A stretch of DNA of 64,000 nt from Ostrea edulis. Taxonomy: Eukaryota. Below the pieces are notes generated by a model. It was given only the letters and a program-made list of their open reading frames with translations, did no database searches and was not told the DNA's origin. The translations under genes and the position numbers were made by a program. Of this stretch, positions 44,801 to 58,461 are shown one piece after another; position 1 is the first letter of the stretch, and each line of letters begins with the position of its first letter. The stretch covers positions 48,856,001-48,920,000 of the forward strand of contig NC_079171.1 of NCBI RefSeq assembly GCF_947568905.1. Reading direction: 5' to 3'.

Positions 44801-47800
44801 GATTACTATAGAAGTCTGAGCATTATCATTAAATTAAGAAAGTCTTCTGTAGAAATCACGTTATTACGTGCCAAAAGAATCGTTGATGAATGGATATAGT
44901 GTCTAATATACGGGTTCCGCAATAAGAATGGGCGCTAATGGGGAAGGGGTAAACATGTGTATCCCTCCTATAGAATTAGTACAATACAACTCCTAAACGG
45001 ACTCTTACTGGGACAATGGACCATCGCGCATCCTGTAGGCTGCACCGAATCACCATAACAAGGTTGACCACCGTGGGAAGGAGGGGGACTGCTACACGCC
45101 CTGAACCGTAGTTTCCAGCCGCCTCCACAGGACTTGTCACAAGTGCTGTATCCTCCCCACGCGCCCCATGATCCGTCAACTGAAATTATTGACACACAGT
45201 CAACTACAATGGAAATGTATGGTGTGATATGGAAATTTACACGTAATTATTAATTTGGGTACAATGGAAATGTAGATTTCAATCTGAAATATTTTGTGTG
45301 AAATAGCATTTTACGATTTCGGGTCAAAATGATCTACCGGTATTTATATTAGTTGTATCAAAATAACGCAAATAATTGCTGCTTCAATGGTCAAATTAAA
45401 ACATCGCTGTCAGAACATTTAAACAGCATGATATAGAAAACCCTGCGCAAAACATTTCTGTGAATTGCACAGATGCGTATATTTGTTAAATATTGATATA
45501 CAGCGAAATTGTAACCATATTTGTTGGTATTTTTCACAATTAATAAACGAAGTACCCTTCATACTCTGCGTAAACAAGACATCAATTTATATAGACGATT
45601 ACAGAATCCGCAGTGCTATCATATATATCTATTAGCTCTGAAATAATACCAGTTAAATGAGCGTAAATTTTGTAAACAAACATGTACATTATGGAATATA
45701 TGAAATATCTCGTCAGTTCATAAAAATTATATTGTGACGTACCATTGAATGCTAGGGTTCTACACAGGATGTACACGAAAGGATTATCTCGGAACAAAAG
45801 GCAAACATGTGGAACATCAAGGTATAAAAGTTTCAGGACTGCGTTCAAGATCGTAGCGGCTCGTCTGGGGGCTAGGTGTGGTGACTGATGTGTGCCATTT
45901 TACACTTTATCGTCCGTTTATTATTTCGAGGCGAAATTATAAATAAAACGTTATTTAGCGACTTTCCCTCCCCAAATAACGAAAAGATGACAAAATGATG
46001 ATATTAGCTACCTTTCACCTCAAAATAAAGAAAACATGACAAACTGTAAACTGGTACAAATCCGTCACCATACCTAGCGCCTAGGCGAGCCGCTACGATG
46101 TTAAGCACAGCCCAGGAATGTTTATATTGTTTCAAAACGTGTAGACATGTCATTTCTAACCAACCTTCGTAAAATTAAAGAGAACGCTGTTAATGTATAT
46201 CACACCGTACATACTTGGGCATTGTTGATCACCACATTTTCCAGTCTCGTTTATAGCAATATGTATGCAGACACCCATAGAAGTCCTGAACCTGTGTCGA
46301 ACGCCGTTATCCCCACATGTGGCGCTGCATGCCGTCCATTCACTCCAATCAGATACTTTAGATACTGTAACGATATGAATTAAGATAATATAAAGCTGAA
46401 ACAACATAACTTTTATGAAAGAATTGAGTGATTGAAGTAAGGAACCAACGTTTGTGGTCTGTGGTATATGCATATCCGTTGTAAAGTGTTTGTGAATTTC
46501 TACATATACAACCATTGTGCAAATAACCGTTTCTATTGAACATGCTATAGTGTACATACACATGACCTCTTTGAAAAATACTACAAATATCCACTTCATA
46601 TGAGAACAGTTATCCATACGACGTTCATTCGTTTTGAGAAAATTACAAGTATTAGGCAATATAATGTGTAATATCTAGCGCGAGAGAACTCTAATGGTAA
46701 CGCATGCATTAGATATAATTAAAGAAGAAAAGCAATACAAATTTTCTTCGACCCATCTTGAGCGACGCCATCTTGATTCCCTCAAATTAAGTCTGTATAT
46801 GCGGTGAGCTTCGCGTACTTTGTCAAGATCCCCGGTGACTCTAATCGAACTCATTACTTATGTAGATAATTATATTTATTTTGTATTGCTTATAGGAGTT
46901 ATGAGATTGATCACTGTTCGTTATCTTCACCTTGCATCGACGCCTTATTCGTTCGTCGATTCGATATATCCATGTGGATTCTACAAAAAAGACACAAAGT
47001 TGTCCACTTCTGATTTATGTTTGAGTATGTTATTGAACAGAAATGTTAACGACAAATTAGCTCAGCTTTATGAAAAACGGGATGACTTCAGCTATTTCAT
47101 CGCCGGTGCGTATTGTCTACAATATTCTCTATATAACTTTGATCCAGACATCTAGGACTTGTCTTCAATAATATCATTTTTATACACTGTATACCTTGGT
47201 ATTTTCTGTGTTGCTGCAATTCCAGTTTCGTTTAAATTCAGGAACCATTAACGCATGTGAAAATTTCATTTATATCCACTCAAAATTACCTTAATGAAGG
47301 ACTCTGGATCACCTAGAAATATCAGCATCGCCACATTTATTTTAATTATAAATTTTGTTCAAAACAGTAATACATGTACGAGGCACTGTCAAGTTCTGCT
47401 CCACACTGTATGAAATGCATGTACGTACATTGTTTACATGTACCTGTGTACGACAATCGCTCCATAGTATACATTATTTATCCCGTATTTACTGCTTTAT
47501 CCAGTGAATATCAATTGTTACATGTATTTCAATTATTACAATATGGTTTTCTATGCCATTAGTGATGTAAAAAATAGACGCCAATTTACAATATGCCAGG
47601 AAGCAAAATTCCCAACAACACAGTGACGCAAATGAATAACAGAGTGTTAACATGTGATAAAAAGAATCCCCCAGGGTCAGTGGCCTCGCAAAGGCTCGGG
47701 GATAGAAAACACACAACTCGTTGGATATAACTCATATAAAACGACTAACTATGGGATATCCTATATGTATATTGGTTACATGTACCATGGAGAGGCCCCT

Positions 47801-50800
47801 TCAACTCTTTGGTACAGTTACTGTGTCTTGAATTGGAAATTAAAGTAACAAAGTTATTTACCAGTACCACAGAGAGGCCCGCTCCACCCCTCCGCGCAGC
47901 CACCGTCACATACACCGGTGATCCGGTCACAGGTACCGTTTCTCCCACAGTAAGTAGTACAGCTGTTCTCGCAGTTTATTCCAAAATATCCTCTGGGACA
48001 CACTGATGAAGAAGCTTAATTATTAAAACGTCTATCATTCTTGTGAGAATGCAACATTTTGTGAATATGTTTGACATCAAAGATCGTAATGCATGTGTTA
48101 TTATCACTGAATGCGTGCACGTATTTGTGTAAGATTACGTGTGATAGCGCTTGTTGATGAAATTCTATTTCGTTCGTTTACATGACATTTACCACCAGTT
48201 GATACACGGTTTTGTTCAGTGAGTAGAGTGATTCTCCTATGTGCAATACATGATAGAAACGTGTCTTGTCTGAACCTCTGAAATTGGAAAACGGGTGCGG
48301 TGGACATGATTCCTAATTGTATGGATTCATAGCACGTATCAATCTTTGATACAACGCGTATTTTGGGATCATTCCTAATAAGATTGCAGTTATCATGCTG
48401 CGATATGATGATTCACATATTGAGATAGCTATATAATTCAACACAAATCACGCCCGTGGTTACAAACTAATTTTATCGATCAATAACTTTAAATATTGCA
48501 GTGTAACGATAGTTTTATCGTAGTCACTTTCCAGACATCCCCTTTTAATTAGTGTTATGGGTAGTCCAATGTGATGGATCCATTTCAATACGTGATAAAC
48601 ATCATACAAAAACATTCTTTCTATAGCAAATTCTTAGCAAATTACAAGTGAAAATATTAAGTCGTTGGTCAGTCTGTGCACGGAAATCATATCTAACTTA
48701 TACAGGTTTCTTTCTTGCTTGTTTTCAATAATTTTTCTTGTTTAACAGAATCCGTTAACAGTTACCTTCCTGACAGTTTGGTGGCTTCCATCCCGGTTTA
48801 CAGCCCCCGTCACACTCCCCTGTAAATCTGTCACAGCGGTTTGTCACGTTACAGTTATGACTACATCTCTGTCCACAGTTCTTTCCATAAAATCCAGGTT
48901 GGCAGTCTATTATTGGAAATACATAGGGTTGACGTTTATATCTGTGCTTTCCCTATTAAATATCTTATACAAACAATACTATTGTAATTGAGCTTTATTA
49001 ATTATGTAATCACATTCTTCTGCCAGTTCCTTCCTTAGCCTGTTTTATCAAATTATTAACCCAGCCAAACAAAGGAAATACAAGGATTGAAAACATCTTA
49101 TGTTTCTTAGTTCTGAAACTTCAAGGCTGCCTAGTTATGACAATTATTCGTTTGAAACTTATGATTTATTACGAGAATTTTGAGAACATGCATCTCCATT
49201 AGTTGAGTTAGTATACACTTTCTTAAAAATTGAATTAAATAAAAAGTTTAAAAAGCAATTTCCACCAAATATTCGCAAAATTTACTTCTCACATAGTTTA
49301 GCTTATCAATACGGTTACCCAGTAGCATTAGATCTACACGACGTTGGTCAAATTAATTCTCAAGCGTGTAGTAGTCAAAGTAAAAACGGAGTTTTAGTTC
49401 AAATCTGGGTATTGTTACGGCACTATATAAAATCAAAGTTCTACAGCAAGGCCATGATTTGTCATATTGATATAGAGACTTCCCCAGTTGTTGCAAATTG
49501 ACGTTTGTTCAAATTGTGGTCCTTAGGATGAAGATGGTGTGCCAATTTGAAATCAAACTTTTACATAGGAATATATAAAGAAACATTTAAAAACCATTAG
49601 CTTAATAAAAGAAGGCATGAAAGGCAATATTAATACGCACGCCTATCCAGGTAGTTCATAGTCATGTTTATTCATCCAGGGCCCCAAGGGCAAGGTAAGT
49701 CAAAAAGAAATAGAAAAATGGGAATATACAGTAAATTATATAAAATTAATTCTTTTCAAAACTAGAAGTGCCACATTAGATCATACCAAAATACAATTGA
49801 ACCTAATTTGTGTGGATTCATGTTTTCTTTTATTATAATTATTAATATGGGGTTAGGATGGATCAAATTTAAAATGCATGTACAAAGGAAAGAAAACCTG
49901 AGAAAAGTTTCAATCTCCAGAACGACAAGGTCATGTGTTAGTCATATCTGAATCAAGGCATCCCCATGTTAAGTTAATTCAAGGTCGGTTATGACGTCAG
50001 TGATCCTTAACAGTTTAGTTGGGGTCGCAATATGGGATTAAAAGTTTTCATAATAATAAAGATAAAAACTTTTTTAAAAATCACAACAGTTAAACAGCAG
50101 CAGGGCAGGGTGACGGGTGTAAAATGTGGCCAATGTGCCTCTTGTTAAGGTGACTTGGGTGTGATGTGTGACCTATGTGCCTCTTGTTGCGATAAAGATC
50201 AATTATGCAGCATTCAAACCACTAAAGATTTATGAACTAAATCAAGAAGTCAATTTTCGTTATAGAAAAATGTCATTACCTTGAATTATTAAAGGCAGTA
50301 TTCTTTCCTACAGTAAATGTTTTATTTCTTGGGAAGAAAATTTAAAATTGGGCAAAGACGAAAACTTTAGGTTCCATTGAATTGATATTTAGTTATCTCT
50401 GTGTTGAAGGATTGATATTTGGCAGACAGAATATTGAAATGAAATTAATGATTAAGGATATTGTCAGCAAATAATTATATGTTGCTTGAAATATAGTGCA
50501 ATATATTCAAGCAAGAAACCGATGTTCAGAAATCCAAAACGAATTGCTTATAGAAGAGCAAGTCTGCAAAGACAAAATTAGGAACCTTCAACACACATAG
50601 GCAGTCAGGATAAAGAAAATTGAGTAGCAATAAAAGGTTTTGCTCAATGTTCTATATATAATACCTAATTTTTCCACCAATTTGATATTTTACATAATAT
50701 ATATCTGATGTATTATCTAATTATTTTGTCTAATATATATCAGAACATTACGCAAATGAAGAAAACAAAATACCAAATACATTGTTGTAGACTTCCTACG

Positions 50801-53800
50801 TAACTATATTCAATAATAAAAATTTTTTTTTATGACAACATAAGACGCACGTGTCTGACATTTATCCCCCTCTACTCCTACATCGCATCCATTTAGACAC
50901 GTGCCGTTGACATGGTGACAGGTTTCTCCATCGCTACAGTTGCCGCACTGTAACGGACAATGCTGCCCGTACTTGTGTTGATCACATACTGAAATAGCGA
51001 TCCAAGTGTGAGTTACATTCATAATCTTATTGTATAATACATATATCAATATTAAACTAGTAATAGGGATCAAATTACAAAAACATACACAATAGCGTTG
51101 TGTGATATATAAAAGAAGAGCTGTCTTGGGGTATGTATAAAAAGACAAAATAGCATGGTTCAAAATACATGTTCCATATCTTGATACATGTAGATGTTAA
51201 CATTATGAATGAATTTAAGCAACTTTCAATGACCGATGCGAATTCTAATAGTACTTGCATGTTCTTGTCAATTTCTTCAATTGTCTTTCTATCATTATCA
51301 TTAACAAGAAGGAGGGCGATCATATGTTTTAGTTTTAGAAAGACGACTATGCTTTACTACAGGCCTATATTATAAACTTCATCATACATATCTAAACCTT
51401 CATTTTCATTCTATTAAATTGAAATAGGGTATTTACATACATTTAATCACAATTTTGATGAATGCCAATTTTGATCACAAACATATGACTTTCCGTATAC
51501 CGAATCTGAATTCGTACAATTTATTTTCGCACTGAAAGATACAATTTAACTCTATGTTTTTGTTTCAACTAATTAGAGTTTGTTGTGTTTTCTATTTGTT
51601 GTACATTTTCATTTTATATCTATATTCATACGTTTAGTTTTTAAAACAATAAGCATTAAAAAGTGATATACATAATCTATAATTATCTACACATGAGTAT
51701 TTTTATTTCTTTAGATATTAAAGCTATTTAAGATAATATAATATTATATAAAATGCTTGCCGGAATGAACAATAATGCATAAGGACTAATGCATGAAATA
51801 ATAAGCTTCGATAGAAAAACATAAAGATTTATTTCACATAGTTTTGATTGTGTTTTGAACGACCCGTCATTCATGTTGTCATAGTTTTGATAGTTGACAG
51901 GGAAGTCTTACTCTTAGGCACCTAAGTTCACTTCTGATGATTCCGGGGGTTCGTATTTGTCCTATTCTCAATTTCATTTTTTTAGTATTACTGACAATGA
52001 TCTTTGTTTGTTTATCTTCAATTTTTCATTTTACATACCTTTCATAATGATGAAGAATTGGGGTCGAATTTACGCTTGTACCGATACGTTTAATTGTATC
52101 TAATGTATTTGCTACACCAAAAAGTCACATTCAGCATGTCAAAGAAAGACAATATATTTATTAACTGTAGGTTTAAGGTATATGTATGGTATTTCAAAGT
52201 TGAGATTTTCGACCAGAAGAGTAATTACAGTTAACAAATTTGAATATAACTTTGTTTTTGTACTATAAGTATTACACAATGTAACTGTTTTGGTGTTGTG
52301 TGGTTTATCACTGCAGCTTGCGATCCTCCCAACAAAGATTGATTTACACGATCCGTATTAATCCTGTCCCGACTTTGTACGGGTATGTCATACACTACCA
52401 ATAGTAAGGTTATTTGAAATGGACTATACCTTAAACATTGAATATATGTTACACACCTTGATCACACCGAAGACCCTGATATCCTGGTAAACAGTTCAGA
52501 CAGTTACCCGTGATGGCGTCACACTTTTTCTCTGGACAACCCTCTGAGCAAACTTGGTCACAATTATCTCCATAATAATTTGGGTTGTGACATCCTATTT
52601 CAATGAAACCAAGAAAATATCATCGTATGCTTTCTTTCGCCAGATTTATATCGACAATTGATAACATTTTCCAACGAAATTTTATCAGCATCTAAATCAT
52701 TTTTAATAATAATCATGATGATGTTTTTAGTGAGAAAAAGTTGTGATGCTTTGAGATCAGCAGTTTTTTTGTTAATCTGACAGTTAAAGTTCATTTTCCA
52801 CTGGGGATTTCAGCGCATGCTAGTGTATTTGACCACTGTTTCCATGGTTCATATGTTTAAAGTTATCTTTATCCAAATAAGATCATACGTTGTTCAGCTT
52901 CAAGTTCCCAATAATACCTTAGCAAATCAATAACAATAGGCGTTGACACGATGCGGGACCTTCACCGCTGCAACCGTAACCATCATGTATAATTAATAAA
53001 ACACACACTCTCTATCTACCCTTTGTTCTCCATTATGTTCTCTTGACTGTGATCAGTTTGCATTAGGTTTTCTAAGTCTTTTAAACTTTAACGCTCAAAT
53101 CCAGTTTCTCCCTCGAATTTACTTGACACTGTTCGCTATAACCATCGTACATATTTGCACGATGCGAATTCCTAATATTGTTCTTCATTGTCGTGTTTGT
53201 GTTTTTGAATTTCCTCAGTATCGTCTTTCGTCGTACTTTTGTTTTTATGAGTTTACATATCAGATTGTGTAGAATTACACACTTCGTCTTCATCCCCGGA
53301 CAGCATTTTTGTTTATGATTGATTAGTTGAAAATTGTTTTACGTCCCTCTCGATAATAATTCACTCATATGGAGACGTCACTACTGTCGGTGAAGGGCTG
53401 CAAAATTTAGGCCTATGCTCGAAACTTACGGCTATTGAGCAGGGGGATCTTTATTATGCTATACCTGTTACGACACGGGACCTCGGTCTCATCCGAAGGA
53501 CCGCCCCATTTAGTCGCCTCTTAAGACAAGCAAGGGGGTACTGATGACCTATTCTAACCCGGATACCTCTGGGGTTTTTGTTTTTGAAACAAAACCTTTA
53601 CATATATCCGTATTATATATTTTATTGAACATATCTGATAACGGCAAACTAAGAAACAAAACTAATGACAAACGGGACGATTTCAGCTTCTCCATCGCCA
53701 TCTGTCCATATTCATTTAGCAATAATCCATTATCACCTGCATATTATGTTTATGTCTCTCAAATGATTCGATAAACAGGAACTTGTTCTGATCAGCTTTT

Positions 53801-56800
53801 AAATCAAGGTAGCCTACTGAATAACAAGTTTATGCTACAGGAGTTTCAGGAGTGTCGCCTAAAGTCAGCATATCGCAAATTGTATGGTCGTTATACCGAT
53901 CTAGTTTGCTAATATAACCTGTCATTGTGTCAAATGCTGTCTGAGGTGTTTGATACAAATTGTTAATTCATTCTTTACATATTGGTTTCTAATGCGATTT
54001 TCTCTTTTTACCCGATGAAGAAATATGACCCACGGCGGGTGTGACCGGTCGACAGGCGATGCTTACTCTTCCAAGGCACCTGACTCCACCTATGATATAG
54101 TCAGGACTTCGTGTTTGTCCAACCCTTAAATTTGTATTTCCTATAGGAGTTATGAGATTGATCACTGCTCGCTATCTTCACCTTTTCATTGATCGGTTAT
54201 CTGCATGATGACCCCTTTCACAATTATATATGCAAAAGAAAACTCCGATGGGATCAATCCACATGCAATGGCAACAGACCCAAAAAATCTCGTAGAATGT
54301 TCTGGTTAACATGTACAATTTAAATTGCATAAAAAACTACATTATGCTTAGGTATTAAATGTCTTTTAATGGATCTCAATATTCCAAAGACCGCAAACGT
54401 TAATCACTACAGTCATTTGTGTCATGGTTTTACCACAAAAGCTTGGTTTGTCATGGCAGATTTTGTTTTTTAAATTTCTATCTGGAGTTAAATGAAGCTG
54501 ATAAACCTATTTGTTAAGACACTCATCTAAGACCAAAACAATTATGGCTGGTGTATACACAAGCATATAATAATTCTAGCTAAAAGAAAGTTGGGTTGAC
54601 TCACCATATACTTCCAATTCACACACATCGGCAAATGCATATTGAGAATAATAACTGGGATAGTTAACACCCGGCCTCCGCTCGTTGTAGAATATGACAT
54701 ATCGTCCATGAACATAACATTTTATTCTCTGGTCCTCTGATGGTGTACCGTTTACATTTTGTATTTCATGGAAACAAAGATGACCATCATCTTTTGACGT
54801 TGTGTTAGAAACGTAAAGGAAGAATCCAGCAAATCGATCATAAAACGCTCCGGGGCCTACAAGTCATTGAAATATAAGACAGTTATTAACAAAGATAAAA
54901 TACCTCTTCATTTCAGTACATAAATACATAGGGGACGGTTTACCTATCAATATACACGTTTTCATGCATATGTTGATCCCATTGCAACAGACGTAAACAG
55001 CAAACTAACAACTCAACTTTGTGACAAACTGAAATACTTGAGTTTTTCCGTCGTCAACTTTTCATATTTACAATTGTGAAAAGAAGTTAGATCCCCCCCC
55101 CCCCCTCTCCCTCTCGATACAGCATTTAAAATATGAGGAGATTAGTAGTGATGATTTTTGAAAGACATTTTAATAATGCCTTACTTTCGAATTTTATTCG
55201 AAAGAGCGTTGTTTTGCTGGCACATGACTGGTAAACATCACCACATTTGAATTCAGTGGCGGTCACCAAGACGCTAATCATTATGGGGTCTATATAGAGC
55301 TAAGCGTTTTAATAATCAATTAGTTGCATATATAACATTAAACTGGTGCCGATAGGATAAGAAGATTCAAGAAAATAAAAAGACCGTTTTCGGAGGCTTA
55401 AATAAGTTTTCAGTCTGGTTGCTCTTGCCAGTGGGTTGGGAGAGTACAAAAAGACAATTTTCTAAAAGCGGCCTTATCACCTGCATATGGCTGATTCGAT
55501 GGAAAGCTTAATTTGTTGCTACTCCAGTTTTAGAAATCTCGTTTAAAGTGAGTACTTTTCAAATTCCATGGTCATTTAATGATCTTTTTATTTTTGATCA
55601 AGTGTCTAGGAGGAGTAAAATCCCCGTTGGCCGATCACACACGCCGTGAACTCTCTCTTTATCAGGTAAACATAGTTAGGCAAAGTCAATGAATATTAGA
55701 AAATCGGGCTAACAATTGTCATTAAACAGACAGCATTCAGCGTAAGTATTGACCAGCCAGAAACAGAACGCGTTTAAATGAAAATTGAAGCAGAACGTAA
55801 CTGATGTCCCCTTTTGACTAGAAAACTAGATTTTGCAGACCCAAATTTTCATTGTGTGTTTTAGAGATGTTTTACTAAAAAATACAATGCTCCATTTCAT
55901 TGACCCTGGGATGCTTTAAGGCTTCTTAAATTATCTCATTGCACATGGATCTTCACAACATATGGCGTTATGCATGATTACAAGAGGCCAATGGGCCGCA
56001 TCGTACACCTGGATCACATTGACCCTGCCATTGTTCAGCTGTTGTGAATATATTTTTCTGTATAAAAAATTTCGTGGTTTGTAATCTTGCTCATATCGAA
56101 AATTAATTAAATAGTTGTTATTATGGAAACAATTTATAAAATCAAAATTGTGTAAACGGGCCGGATTCAGCGGCACGAATTTTTTCCAAACAACAAACGA
56201 GAAACGTTTTTCTTCCAGATTCCAGGGTTATTAGGTAAGTGATTAGATTTTATTTCCTAAAAACATGCATAATCATGTTATTCGATTCGCGAACTTTACG
56301 ATAGCATCATCTAACGACTTGACTGTATGTAAACATATGATCAACAAAGTATACTATGCAGATCCGCCACTGCTTTGACAGATCGCCGCGCGCGTCAACA
56401 TGTCGTGTTCAGTACACGGAGTAGTTTTATGATCATCGAATAATTATATTTTGATGTCATGAGTAAAGTACAGTATCGTATTTTCCCCATGTTTAATACC
56501 CATCCTCATATATAGAACATAAAGAGTTAATGTACATAAAGATTTCCCTCAGGGATTATTTGCACCAAGTTTGATTGAAATTGGTCCAGTGGTTCAGGAG
56601 AAGAAGATGAAAATGTGAAATGTTTACGAACAGACAGACGATAAAAAAAAATGCGATCAGAATAGATCACTGAAGGTGAGCTAAGATGGAAGTCACGACA
56701 TACATATGATGTGCGTATGATAAGTTTTTTTAAACAAGACAGCTTACTGAAAAACGAATGAGATTAGTCACCGTTCGTTATATTTACCCTTTCATGCATG

Positions 56801-58461
56801 CATAAGGTGGTGGAAATATCGGCATATTTTGTCGTTATTTAGTACCGCTGTCAAGTGACAAGTGGTAATCTCATATTCATTTGATCATATAGGGAAACCT
56901 CTCTAATCTGACGTGCTGTGCAAAATGTTATCAACGTCGGTTTAGACAGCGTGTCGGATTACTCAGTGTTGAATATCTTCTGTTACATTTGATATATGAA
57001 TGGTTACACTGAATTAAAGTTTAAATAAGAAGTAATTTTAAATCACTTAACACTTTATTACCTTGGCAGCAGTGTTTTATTGTGCTACTTTGAGTTAAAC
57101 AACTGGCACCTTATAACGGGTTCATTTCGCGAAAATCCAATTTTCGCTGTCTTTGTGAGTGTGTTTGAATCACAAACACCCAAATTCGCATAAAATGTAC
57201 ACCAATTATGTACCATATCTTACAAAATACGAATACATCAATGAGTGGAAACTAACCACCTCTAGTATGGTATTTTAAAATTATCCTAAACGGTGGTCGG
57301 GCGTTATCACTGTACACGCACCTGTTAACTTGTTGAGTGATAACACAAGTAGCAGTAATGTATATTCTGTATAAAATTTAAACCCGTCAATTGATTTGTA
57401 AGTCTAAAATTCCACTTGGAAAACCACAAACAAAATTTGTGATACGCAAAAAACAACAACTGATTATACGGTGATATGTTTACGGTACTACATTGTACCA
57501 CTGGCGCGAACGTACCCAGTGTATACTTTTATGTATGAATGTATTCCGACACAAGGAATAAGACCATTCCGAAAGTATCAGGACGTGTACGGACAACTGT
57601 CAAAACATATTTCAAAACATTTTGCAACACGACTTTTGACATTTGATTCGCCTATTCATTGAACAGGGGTAACATAACGCAGTTAATGTAAACAGGACAT
57701 TTTGACATCATATTTAGCTTAGCTGTTTAAACAATTATCAAAAAAACTCACAAATGTGTTACAATTAGAGCCTTGCTTCGCGGATGAGCTTTAATTATAC
57801 CTTTTAATTGGAGGTATAATTTGACACCAAAATCATAACACTCTTTGCTATGGAAATTCGTATCCTAATTACTGATAGTCTACGTTCAATTATTGATCCT
57901 GTCACTGCATAAAACTCGAGATGTTTTAAGTAGTGGCAAAAAGTATTACCTTGTCATGCGCCGTGGGGCTTGATTGTGTGGAAAGTCTCAACTGAAAGTT
58001 GTCTCTTCCTAATGAGCATGCGTAGTAGCTACGTCTGCGGTTTGTCATGGACAAGGTTCCAGAAAAGAACCCTAAGGCAATAATACACTTTGTGACCAAT
58101 GAGCGACGGGATGGAGTGATCTTTGAGTTCATTACTGAGTTAGATGACATCTAATTTCTCCTATTCACTCCAAAAAAAATAGTGTTGATCTTCTTAAAAG
58201 AAAACTATGTTTTATATACTGAACACCTACTCGGAAAATTGTCTGTCCTGTAGTAGATGTTGATCATGCTGATGCTGACCACACTTTCTAAGTCCACCCT
58301 CAACGTCGCTGTTGTTTGGTCCCCGACAGATATAGTGCATTGGTTTCCTAATGCCTCACGATCAGAGTACTGGCCGTCCACCGCCTTCGCTGCTCCCCAT
58401 TCTGTTTCTTTACCAGGCCAGATATTTTCTTCCCACGCTGGTTTCCCCAGTGCTAGATTTT
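41636..58461 (-). CDS. Gene C: galactose-binding/fucolectin-like domain + 4 EGF/laminin-EGF (MEGF10/SREC-like) repeats + 3 TSP1 repeats, 5'-incomplete. complement(join(41636..41643,42002..42172,45009..45179,46215..46364,47862..48002,48766..48906,50851..50988,52457..52594,54605..54856,58231..58461))
   Basis: All internal exons are phase 1-1 with GT-AG sites and join in frame (~510 aa). The signal-peptide exon was not resolved (candidate 60889..60950). The terminal exon (G-E-stop overlapping AATAAA) is tentative. Confidence 0.75.
41777..41823. repeat. (AT)n microsatellite
   Basis: Read directly. Confidence 0.95.
42002..42172 (-). CDS. Gene C TSP1 exon 3 ([40 protein letters not shown]...CNTDQCP)
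   Basis: Translated by hand; canonical TSR; tttag| acceptor, G|gtaatt donor. Confidence 0.9.
44079..44280 (-). mobile_element. Naiad-type 3' terminus, nearly identical to 3323-3523
   Basis: Only a few substitutions by eye over ~200 bp, suggesting a young subfamily. Confidence 0.8.
45009..45179 (-). CDS. Gene C TSP1 exon 2 ([40 protein letters not shown]...CP)
   Basis: Canonical TSR; 171-nt phase 1-1 exon. Confidence 0.9.
46215..46364 (-). CDS. Gene C TSP1 exon 1 ([27 protein letters not shown]...CGDQQCP)
   Basis: WSxW, CSxTCG and RxRxR motifs. Confidence 0.8.
47862..48002 (-). CDS. Gene C EGF-like exon 4 ([46 protein letters not shown])
   Basis: Cys pattern; catcag| acceptor, G|gtaaat donor. 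Confidence 0.85.
48766..48906 (-). CDS. Gene C EGF-like exon 3 ([46 protein letters not shown])
   Basis: Cys pattern; aatag| acceptor, G|gtaact donor. Confidence 0.85.
50851..50988 (-). CDS. Gene C EGF-like exon 2 ([45 protein letters not shown])
   Basis: Cys pattern; ttcag| acceptor, C|gtgcgt donor. Confidence 0.85.
52457..52594 (-). CDS. Gene C EGF-like exon 1 ([45 protein letters not shown])
   Basis: Cys pattern; phase 1-1 splice sites. Confidence 0.85.
53315..53572 (-). mobile_element. SINE-like repeat, same family as 10984-11204
   Basis: Colinear similarity; (CAAT)n-like tail. Confidence 0.7.
53615..54188 (+). mobile_element. Naiad-type 3' fragment
   Basis: [10 protein letters not shown]...SPAY plus the shared 3' terminus. 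Confidence 0.75.
54605..54856 (-). CDS. Gene C lectin-like exon b ([30 protein letters not shown]...[10 protein letters not shown]...CELEVY-G)
   Basis: Translated by hand; GRYV and CELEVYG mark the domain end; tag| acceptor, G|gtgagt donor. Confidence 0.85.
58231..58461 (-). CDS. Gene C lectin-like exon a ([12 protein letters not shown]...AVDG...[24 protein letters not shown])
   Basis: [12 protein letters not shown] and RVDL are hallmarks of the F-type lectin / galactose-binding-like fold; ctatag| acceptor, A|gtaggt donor. Confidence 0.85.

Noticed and set aside
48104-48307. ORF with an acceptor-like site inside gene C
   Set aside because: The phase-1 reading stops after 13 codons and has no EGF or TSP Cys pattern.
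57926-58150. Relatively GC-rich ORF with exon-like boundaries after gene C lectin exon a
   Set aside because: No recognisable domain, and the lectin domain is completed without it by exon 54605-54856.
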